64,000 nucleotides of DNA, taken from assembly GCA_963662275.1 (NCBI GenBank), contig OY759316.1, forward strand, positions 3,904,001-3,968,000, in the 5' to 3' direction. Positions 10,351 to 18,380 of this stretch are shown piece after piece. The number at the start of each line of letters is the position of its first letter. The stretch's first letter is position 1. The translations under genes were made by a program, and so were the position numbers. The notes beneath the pieces were generated by a model. The model was not told where the DNA came from and made no database searches. It was given only the letters and a program-made list of their open reading frames with translations. This DNA comes from Candidatus Cloacimonadales bacterium. GTDB taxonomy: Bacteria; Cloacimonadota; Cloacimonadia; Cloacimonadales; DAONDQ01.

Positions 10351-11325
10351 CTAAATTCCAATTTCTTTTATATGCTCTTCAATCTCATTAAGTGTAAAAA
10401 TCACTAGTTTCTTACTCAGAGTTGTTGACAATTCAAGTAAGGAACCCTTGATGCTATCATTCTGTACGACAATCCAAATTTCTATACTATCTCGTATTTG
10501 TTCAAAGACTGGTATTTGTTCAATAGATATCATCCCGATTTCTTTTTTCACATGCAATGTCCCAAATCTTGCTTTTAGGATACGATCTAATTTAACTACT
10601 CGCCATTTGATTAAATCAGTATTGTATAAATTAAACATTCCAAAGTAGACATATCTAAATCCAGCAAAATCGTTTAACAAATTGAAACCCAACGGACTTC
10701 CTAATAAATATATGTTCTTAGTACCATCATCTACTATTGGTGACATTAGCATATCATGTGATATTAAAAAGACATCTACTACCTTATCTATTGGTACTAT
10801 AGAAGTATTCTCAGGTTGTGTTTCAGCAATAGCTAATTTAATTGTTTCTTCTGCTTTGACTTTAAACTCATTATCCTTATACTTTACTGTGTCAAGCCCA
10901 GCTACATTAAAAGGCAAAGCACTAGATTCTTTTTGGAAAGGTATAGTATATTTATTAAATCCAAGCATTAAACCATATTCCATGTAAACATTAGCATTTG
11001 GAATTTCAGTACTCTCTTTAGTATCATGGTTTAATAATACAATACAAAATGAAGATGTGATAATTCTCGAACAAATTTTTGTACAAAAAGCAGATTTTCC
11101 TGGTGTCGTAGTTTTACCAGCCTCAAAAACTTCTATCCCATTGTTAGTTAGGATATCAATAATAATGTCTCTTTCTAAAGGAGATGTATTGAAGCCATAT
11201 GCAATAAAACATGACCTCATTGAATCAAAAACGTAACCACATGAGGGTAACCCAATTGAGCATTGGTCATTTCTTTTCAATGAATTGTTCAAAATGCTTC
11301 TCCTTTTTGAGTACATTGCTCTCAA
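10351..11325 (-). CDS. Nucleoside 2-deoxyribosyltransferase/TIR-like domain protein (start may be TTG ~11292)
   Basis: CFIAYGF, FCTKICSRI, NANVYMEYG, LPFNVAGLDTVKY; AAGGAG upstream of the TTG. Confidence 0.6.
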   Translation of the reverse strand: MRAMYSKRRSILNNSLKRNDQCSIGLPSCGYVFDSMRSCFIAYGFNTSPLERDIIIDILTNNGIEVFEAGKTTTPGKSAFCTKICSRIITSSFCIVLLNHDTKESTEIPNANVYMEYGLMLGFNKYTIPFQKESSALPFNVAGLDTVKYKDNEFKVKAEETIKLAIAETQPENTSIVPIDKVVDVFLISHDMLMSPIVDDGTKNIYLLGSPLGFNLLNDFAGFRYVYFGMFNLYNTDLIKWRVVKLDRILKARFGTLHVKKEIGMISIEQIPVFEQIRDSIEIWIVVQNDSIKGSLLELSTTLSKKLVIFTLNEIEEHIKEIGI

Positions 11326-11546
11326 ATTATTTTTAGTTTTGATTTTTGCTTTATATTTATTGTTATCGCACTAAATGCGTCCAGTATTTTTCTTCTTGTA
11401 AGGTCATTATTTCTCGATTAATAAATTCTACAAAAACACAATTTCTAATTGATGTGCTTGACAAGAAGATTAAATCATTATAACAGAGATTGAAGATGGA
11501 CCCTGTCGTTTGGAAGAAATTTCCAGAGAAAAGTTCATTCGCATAA

Positions 11547-11777
11547 TTGAGGAGTCCAAAAGTGAAACAGGTTATCTTGTCGATTAAACCGGAATATGCC
11601 GAGAAGATATTCAGTGGTGAGAAGCTTTATGAAACAAGGTTCTTTGATTACTTCAACGGCAAGGATGAGGGTTATGCTCTGAAAATCAAGAATATTCAAC
11701 GGTATGAAACTCCCAAAGCGCTGATCGATTATCTTTGTTATACTGCACCACAGTCATTTGCATATTATGGAAGTTAA
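11547..11777 (+). pseudogene. ASCH/PUA-domain gene with internal deletion
   Basis: N-motif ILSIKPEYAEKIFSGEK joined directly to C-motif FFDYFNG...APQSFAY; central part missing. Confidence 0.65.
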
Positions 11778-11813
11778 AGATTGGTAGATAAGGTACAGAG
11801 ATAACCATTAAGA

Positions 11814-11843
11814 AGAGGATAGACACGCGGGTCTATCCCTACA
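11814..11843 (-). repeat. GTAG-type REP-like hairpin, inverted partner of 6500-6529
   Basis: AGAGGATAGACACGCGGGTCTATCCCTACA. Confidence 0.75.
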
Positions 11844-11909
11844 ACTTTAACAAATAAATCCGAACCAACCACATAAGCCACTTATAACCCCCAGCATTCC
11901 CAAAGGATT

Positions 11910-12043
11910 GTACCTATTTGAATCCAATTTGATACCAGTTTCAATCCTGTTTCATACCAGTCTCATACCAGTTTCATACCTGTTTCGTTAAACAGGAAAG
12001 AGATTAGTATGCACTTGGTATGAACGTGGATTGAACTGGGTAT
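11910..12043. repeat. Inverted array of 11-bp units
   Basis: 7 ATACCAGTTTC-like units, 2-nt centre, 5 GAAACTGGTAT-like units. Confidence 0.8.
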
Positions 12044-12079
12044 CAATAATGCGGGTTATAGTCGCCAAGTTGGTTATTT

Positions 12080-13090
12080 TTGATTATTTCTTTACAACCT
12101 TGTTCATTCACTTATCCTATATCCATGAAAGAAAATATAGTATTAATGAGTATTGGAGATTGTATTCCCGAAGGAAAATTCACAGAGATAGATTCTATCT
12201 TCGAGAAAGTAGTGAATTTCGTTTGGGAGAATAAAGTGATTGCTGTTTGTACGCCGGCATTGAGACCCGGACCGTATAATGTTATTGTATCGGGGATAGG
12301 GATAGAGCAGATAAAGGGAGTAGAGACGACCAATCAGGGTGTATTGATCTACACAGAAGATAGTCAGAGAGGAATCTTATGTCACAACGGAGAAGAACAT
12401 AAGATCGGAATCTTATGCCACAACCAGGAATTGGTTTATCATTCAGAGTTGGAGATCAAACCTATCAATAAGCGTTTATTAATAGGAAATCTTGATTATA
12501 TAAAGACCGAGTTGCTGACATGTTTCGCTGAGAACAGCTTGGCTTTTCTGCTTGAGCCTGAACCTCCACAAGCAATTGATGCAACGTGTGGTAATAAGGT
12601 AAAAAAGGAAGACAGTAAGATCGGAATCTTGCTAAACTTTGAAGAAGCATATCGTCAGAAATTTATTGAATTATACAAAGAATTACAGTTAAAAAGAGAT
12701 GTAGAAAGCGTACTTGCCTTTCATGGATACGGGTATGGACTAACTCCAGCAGGTGACGATTTTATCATAGGTTACATGATTGGACTTCATATTTTATCAA
12801 AACTCTGCAAAAATGAGTTGTCAAAACAACTGGACTCTCTATATTCTGGCATGTTAAGAAACTCATCACATCGGGTGGTCAATACGTTTGTTCAAATGGC
12901 ATATGAAGGGAGATATTCAGAACCTTGGAAATTCTTCCTGCAAGCATTGCTGACAACAGACTTGTGTGATCATGTGATGTTGTTAAAAGACAGCCTGGAC
13001 ATTGGAGCAACTTCCGGTTCTGATACAATGGTGGGTATGATCTCAGCATTGGTCGGGCTGCCGAACTCCGATTCGGCAGATTGGACGTAA
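12080..13090 (+). CDS. DUF2877 (YlbF/AllH-like) protein; likely start ATG 12125
   Basis: GYGYGLTPAGDDFIIG and IGATSGSDTMVG; directly upstream of fdrA. Confidence 0.75.
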   Translation: MIISLQPCSFTYPISMKENIVLMSIGDCIPEGKFTEIDSIFEKVVNFVWENKVIAVCTPALRPGPYNVIVSGIGIEQIKGVETTNQGVLIYTEDSQRGILCHNGEEHKIGILCHNQELVYHSELEIKPINKRLLIGNLDYIKTELLTCFAENSLAFLLEPEPPQAIDATCGNKVKKEDSKIGILLNFEEAYRQKFIELYKELQLKRDVESVLAFHGYGYGLTPAGDDFIIGYMIGLHILSKLCKNELSKQLDSLYSGMLRNSSHRVVNTFVQMAYEGRYSEPWKFFLQALLTTDLCDHVMLLKDSLDIGATSGSDTMVGMISALVGLPNSDSADWT

Positions 13091-13168
13091 TCCAATAGTC
13101 CTGTTTTATGCGACTTTCAGTCGCTGTGACAAATCGGAGTTTGTCACCCCAATATAAGGTGGTTTTTT

Positions 13169-14743
13169 ATGGCAATAATTGGAACTATCCTACGTGGTAG
13201 GTATTTTGATTCAGTCAAACTGATGCTGATTTCTAAAGAAATACGTCAAAAAGAAGGTGTCATAGATGCAGTTGCCATTATGGCAACAAAGGAGAATAAA
13301 TCCATCCTGAAATCCACAGGAATGCTTCTCCCTGAATTTGAATCAGCCAATGAAACTGAGATATGCATTGCGATCAACACAGAAAACGATGCTCTTTCCC
13401 ATTCTATTCTAGAAGAAACAAAACAATGGTTGGAGAAAGGCGGACCGGTATCTGCAAATCGTGAAGAAAGTGATATTTTGCCAAAAAGCATTAAAAGTGC
13501 TTTCACTCATTTACCGGAAGCGAATTTAGTCTTGATATCCGTTGCCGGAAAATATGCAGGACATGAAGCTCGAACTGCCCTGGACTTGGGTTTGAATGTG
13601 ATGCTCTTTTCAGATAATGTATCTCTGGAAACAGAGAAATCCCTGAAGGAATATGCACTTTCCAAGGATCTATTATGTATGGGGCCGGACTGCGGAACAG
13701 CCATCATTAATGGAGTTCCTTTAGCTTTTGCCAATGTTGTCAGACAGGGTAAGATAGGTATTGTATCAGCTTCCGGTACAGGATTACAGGAAGTTAGTTC
13801 CGTGATTCATAATCTTGGGGAAGGAATTTCCCAGGCTTTTGGTACAGGTGGTAGAGATGGAAAAAAAGAAATTGGCGGTACCATGCTGCTTGCCTGTCTG
13901 CAATACCTTGTAGAAGATCCGGAGACAGAAGTTATCGTATTGATCAGTAAAGTGCCAGATGAGACAGTTATTGATAAAATATGGAAATTAGTACTATCCA
14001 CTCAAAAGACAGTGATTGCGAATTTCCTTCGTGATTTTGTTTTACCCAAATATCCAAATCTTCATACTGGTTTAACCTTGGCTGATACTGCCTATGCAGC
14101 CGTATACTTATTAGCACAATCCAATGGAAAGATGCCGAATTATCCCTTCAGCAGAAAAGAAGACTCAATGTTAGCTAAATTAGCAGAAATCAGCTTACCA
14201 AATTTACCTCGGAAATATTTGCGTGGTATCTTCAGTGGTGGAACACTCTGTTATGAAGCACAGCAGATATTCTCAAGAAAATTCGTGGAGCAACCTGCTT
14301 ACAGTAATGCACCTCTCAATCCGGTATATCAGTTAGCAGATGCCTGGATCAGCCATGATGATACAATTGTCGATTTGGGGGCGGATGAATTCACTGTCGG
14401 ACGTCCTCATCCAATGATCGACTATTCACTTCGGTTGAAGAAGATCGAAGAGGAAAGCAAAGATACTCAGACTGCTGTTATTCTTCTTGATGTAGTTCTG
14501 GGATATGGTGCTCATCAAACACCGCACCTGGAACTGGCTCCCCTAATTAAAAAAATATCAAAAAATACAGATATCATAGTTTTGTGTGCAGTTGTTGGTA
14601 CAGACCTAGATCCGCAAAATCGCAGCGAAGTAATGAATGAATTGACCCAAGCAGGAGCAATTGTCACAGATACAAATGCTGAAGCCTGTGAATTGGCAAC
14701 TGAGATTATTTTTCATATGAGAGGGGATGAAGATGCCATTTAA
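13169..14743 (+). CDS. fdrA: FdrA/AllF acyl-CoA synthetase-like protein
   Basis: YFDSVKLM, VMLFSDNV, MGPDCGTA, SASGTGLQE, FTVGRPHPMID. Confidence 0.9.
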   Translation: MAIIGTILRGRYFDSVKLMLISKEIRQKEGVIDAVAIMATKENKSILKSTGMLLPEFESANETEICIAINTENDALSHSILEETKQWLEKGGPVSANREESDILPKSIKSAFTHLPEANLVLISVAGKYAGHEARTALDLGLNVMLFSDNVSLETEKSLKEYALSKDLLCMGPDCGTAIINGVPLAFANVVRQGKIGIVSASGTGLQEVSSVIHNLGEGISQAFGTGGRDGKKEIGGTMLLACLQYLVEDPETEVIVLISKVPDETVIDKIWKLVLSTQKTVIANFLRDFVLPKYPNLHTGLTLADTAYAAVYLLAQSNGKMPNYPFSRKEDSMLAKLAEISLPNLPRKYLRGIFSGGTLCYEAQQIFSRKFVEQPAYSNAPLNPVYQLADAWISHDDTIVDLGADEFTVGRPHPMIDYSLRLKKIEEESKDTQTAVILLDVVLGYGAHQTPHLELAPLIKKISKNTDIIVLCAVVGTDLDPQNRSEVMNELTQAGAIVTDTNAEACELATEIIFHMRGDEDAI

Positions 14744-16148
14744 CAATTTAGTAAACCAGACGATGAAAGTCATTAATGTTGGTCTTGAATCATTTCTATT
14801 AGATTTAGAAAAACAAGCGGTTGAAGCCATTCAAGTTGATTGGAATCCACCCGCGGCTGTCGATCCGCTGAGTCGGGAATTACTTGAGTCACATATCGAT
14901 ATCATTACCAAAGCAAATTTGCAGGTCATGGATATCATTCAAAAAGGAAAACCTGTGCTGATGGGTTTGGATATTGCCCGTAACGTTATTCCCGGTATGC
15001 ATGAAAACCTCTTTCTTCATGCAGGTCCCCCCATCACTTGGGAACGAATGTGCGGTCCGATGCGAGGTGCCATTATCGGTGCCTTAATGTATGAAAAGAA
15101 AGCATCGACACCAGAGGAGGCAGAGAAACTGGCTGCTTCAGGTAAAATCAAGTACGCACCATGTCATGAACATAACGCTGTGGGTCCAATGGCTGGAATC
15201 ATCTCTTCATCGATGCCCGTTTATATTATACAAAATGAAGCATACGGCAATTACGCATACTGCACACAAAATGAAGGATTGGGAAAAGTACTTCGCTATG
15301 GGGCTTTCCAGCCCGAGGTTTTAGATAGACTTCGCTGGATGGAACACATCATGTATCCTGTTTTAGATAAAGCCATTCGTTCAATCGGAAAGATCGATCT
15401 TTCCAATTTAATCGCACAAGCGCTGCATATGGGAGATGAAGTTCATAATCGCAATCGCGCAGGTACTTCTCTCTTCTTCAGACAATTGGCACCTGCCATG
15501 ATCCGTACTTCATCAAATATGGAAGATACAGCAAAAGTGCTGGAATTCATCAATGGTAATGATCATTCTTTTTTGAACCTGTCTATGCCTGCCTGCAAAG
15601 CCGTATTGGATGCTGCCAGGAATATACCCAACAGCAGCATAGCTGTTGTTATGGCACGTAATGGAACTGACTTTGGTGTCCAGCTTTCAGGCACTGGCAA
15701 CGAGTGGTTTACAGGTCCGGCATTAGTACCGGATGCTCTTTATTTTCCCGGTTATTCGAAAGCGGATGCCAATCCTGATATTGGTGATAGTGCCATCACA
15801 GAAACAGGAGGATTGGGTGGATTTGCCATTGCTGCTGCCCCAGCAATCGTACAGTTTGTTGGTGGGAATGTATCTGATGCTATCAAATATACAACATGGA
15901 TGTACGAAATCACCGCAATGGAGAGTCGAAATTATCAAATTCCTTATTTAAACTTCCGTGGTACTCCCATCGGAATAGATATTATGAAAGTAATCGATCG
16001 AAATTTAACTCCCTTCATCGATACCGGCGTTGCTCATAAGAATCCGGGTATCGGACAAGTGGGTGCAGGTGTTGTGAAAGCACCTTTGGAACCATTCCTG
16101 CAAGCTTATTTAGGAGTAGCGAAATCAATTTCAGGAGGAAATAAATGA
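14727..16148 (+). CDS. DUF1116 (YlbE/AllG-like) protein
   Basis: LHAGPP, PCHEHNAVGPMAG, MGDEVHNRN, MARNG, DIGDSAITET. Confidence 0.88.
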   Translation: MKMPFNNLVNQTMKVINVGLESFLLDLEKQAVEAIQVDWNPPAAVDPLSRELLESHIDIITKANLQVMDIIQKGKPVLMGLDIARNVIPGMHENLFLHAGPPITWERMCGPMRGAIIGALMYEKKASTPEEAEKLAASGKIKYAPCHEHNAVGPMAGIISSSMPVYIIQNEAYGNYAYCTQNEGLGKVLRYGAFQPEVLDRLRWMEHIMYPVLDKAIRSIGKIDLSNLIAQALHMGDEVHNRNRAGTSLFFRQLAPAMIRTSSNMEDTAKVLEFINGNDHSFLNLSMPACKAVLDAARNIPNSSIAVVMARNGTDFGVQLSGTGNEWFTGPALVPDALYFPGYSKADANPDIGDSAITETGGLGGFAIAAAPAIVQFVGGNVSDAIKYTTWMYEITAMESRNYQIPYLNFRGTPIGIDIMKVIDRNLTPFIDTGVAHKNPGIGQVGAGVVKAPLEPFLQAYLGVAKSISGGNK

Positions 16149-16957
16149 ACATTCAAGAATTTCTGCAATTTATGGGAACAGTCAAAATGTATGACCTGAC
16201 CCAGCGTCTCAGTATTCATACACCACCTTGGCCTAGCTACATGCCCTTAGGTATTCAATATTTCAAACGTATTGCCGGTGCTCACATGGGACAAGGGGCA
16301 AATGGACAAATAATCACCACTAGCAATCATGTCGGGACACATATCGATGGTGAAATTCATTTTCATGCCAGTGGCAGAACCATTGGTAATGTTCCTATTG
16401 AAGAATGGGTAGGACCTGGTGTGGTCGTTGATATTTCTGATTCAGTAGGTGATTACGATCTATATTCCCCTGAATTGCTTATGAGTAAGGCAGATATTCG
16501 TAAAGGTGATATTCTCATCATCAATACCGGTTATCATAAATATGCCTGGGATCAGCCTGAATCAGATGAACTTCGTTATTTTGTGAAGCATCCCGGTCCT
16601 GATCCATCCTTCCATACTTGGGCTTTAGATATGAAAATCAAGTGGATTGGAGTTGACTGCGGCAGTGCAGATCATCCTATGAATACGATCATCCGAAACT
16701 GGCATCCCAAATCTTTCATCGATGCAGAAAAGAAGCTTATTGCTAATTATGGCAAGGCTTGGGATGAAATGTTCCCACCAGATGAGTTTTATCAAGTCAT
16801 GCATCTGAAGTTATTCCCCAAGAAGCTTGTACATGCTGAAAACCTTGGCGGAGAAATTGATACATTAAGTAATAAGCGGGCGTGGATTGGTCTTTTCCCC
16901 TTACGTGGAATAGAACTCGAGTCATCCATGTGTCGCATTATTGCTTTAGAACCATAA
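16145..16957 (+). CDS. Cyclase family (kynurenine formamidase-like) metal hydrolase
   Basis: HVGTHIDG (HxGTHxD), GDILIINTG, GVDCGSAD, HAENL. Confidence 0.85.
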   Translation: MNIQEFLQFMGTVKMYDLTQRLSIHTPPWPSYMPLGIQYFKRIAGAHMGQGANGQIITTSNHVGTHIDGEIHFHASGRTIGNVPIEEWVGPGVVVDISDSVGDYDLYSPELLMSKADIRKGDILIINTGYHKYAWDQPESDELRYFVKHPGPDPSFHTWALDMKIKWIGVDCGSADHPMNTIIRNWHPKSFIDAEKKLIANYGKAWDEMFPPDEFYQVMHLKLFPKKLVHAENLGGEIDTLSNKRAWIGLFPLRGIELESSMCRIIALEP

Positions 16958-16960
16958 TTC

Positions 16961-17002
16961 TCTCTCCCCTCTTTTGGAACAAGAGAGGGGTTGGGGGTGA
17001 GT
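16961..17002. repeat. C-run/G-run palindromic repeat
   Basis: CCCCTCTTTT-GGAAC-AAGAGAGGGG-TTGGGGGTGAGT. Confidence 0.55.
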
Positions 17003-17020
17003 ATATTTGGAGGTTTCCTT

Positions 17021-17914
17021 ATGGCGGTTGTCCATGAGTTCAATTACTATCGTCCTGAAAAATTGGATGAAGTGCTGGTTTTACTAGCCCGGCAAAAAGA
17101 AAAAGCACGAATATTAGCTGGCGGTACAGATCTGGCAGTTCATATCAAGGAAGGTCTTGCCCATCCTGCAGTCGTCATTGATATTAAGCAGGTAGCGGGT
17201 CTGGAAAAGATACGTCATGACGATAATGGTCTGTTTATCGGTGCTCTAGCTACATTCAGCGATATTATTGCATCTGATTTCATTAAACAAAATTATCTGC
17301 TGCTTTGGGAATCTGCAATGTCAGTAGCTTCTGTAGGTATTCGAAACCGTGCTACTTTGGTTGGTAATATCTGTTCTGCTGTTCCTTCCCTGGATTCTGC
17401 CCCTGCCTTGCTTTGTTATGATGCCGTAGTACATACTAAAAGCCTTGAATGTGAAAGACAGATACCGATTACCGAGTTCTTTATTGCTCCTCGGAAAACA
17501 GCTAAGACAGATGATGAAATCGTACTGGGTGTGAGCATTCCTCATCCCGAAACGATGCATGCAGGCTGTTATATCAAGCTGGGGCGTTATCGGGGAGAAG
17601 ATTTGGCACAAGCTGGACTTGGGATTTTAGTTACCGATAATCTTCATTACCATGTTGCCTATTGCGCAGTCGGTCCAATTCCACAGAGAATAGGGAGTAT
17701 TGAAAACCTTCTTGATGGTAAAGAGCTTAATGGTGATCTAATCAACCAGGCAAAGGCTCTTGTACCAAATGAGATATCTCCTATCACGGATATTCGCTCC
17801 AGTAAGGAATATCGTACTTATATGTGCCAAGTTATGTTGGAACGTGGCTTACATGCTTCTGTTGCTAGGCTTCATGGCAAAACAGTGGATGTAACGCGGA
17901 TATTGGGAGGTTGA
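17021..17914 (+). CDS. Xanthine dehydrogenase family FAD-binding subunit
   Basis: AGGTDL, IRNRATLVGN, PITDIRSSKEYR; GGAGG before ATG 17021. Confidence 0.9.
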   Translation: MAVVHEFNYYRPEKLDEVLVLLARQKEKARILAGGTDLAVHIKEGLAHPAVVIDIKQVAGLEKIRHDDNGLFIGALATFSDIIASDFIKQNYLLLWESAMSVASVGIRNRATLVGNICSAVPSLDSAPALLCYDAVVHTKSLECERQIPITEFFIAPRKTAKTDDEIVLGVSIPHPETMHAGCYIKLGRYRGEDLAQAGLGILVTDNLHYHVAYCAVGPIPQRIGSIENLLDGKELNGDLINQAKALVPNEISPITDIRSSKEYRTYMCQVMLERGLHASVARLHGKTVDVTRILGG

Positions 17915-17915
17915 A

Positions 17916-18380
17916 ATGGCACAAATCAAATTCACATTAAATTCTGAAATACGCATTATAGATATTAAATCGAATGAAACACTGCTTGATGTACTACGTG
18001 ACAAATTAGGAATGAAAAGCCCCAAGTGCGGTTGTGACCGTGGTGACTGTGGTGCTTGTGCTGTACTGTTGAATGGAAAGAGTGTTCGCAGTTGTCTTAT
18101 TTTTGCTGTCGAAGTGGATGGACAGGAAGTGCAAACCCTGGAAGGCATTTCCGGTGATAAGCTGACACAATTGCAGGAAGCCTTCATTGCTTTCAATTCC
18201 TTCCAATGCGGATATTGTGCACCAGGTGTCATTATTTCTGCAACAGAATTATTAAGTCATAATCCTCATCCTGACCTGGAAGAGATAAAAGAAGCCCTTT
18301 CTGGTAATTTATGTCGCTGTACAGGTTATAAACCGATATTTGAAGCAATCCTGGACGTTACCCATAAGGAGGGAAAATGA
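17916..18380 (+). CDS. Xanthine dehydrogenase family 2Fe-2S subunit
   Basis: GCDRGDCGAC, QCGYCAPG, GNLCRCTGY. Confidence 0.93.
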   Translation: MAQIKFTLNSEIRIIDIKSNETLLDVLRDKLGMKSPKCGCDRGDCGACAVLLNGKSVRSCLIFAVEVDGQEVQTLEGISGDKLTQLQEAFIAFNSFQCGYCAPGVIISATELLSHNPHPDLEEIKEALSGNLCRCTGYKPIFEAILDVTHKEGK

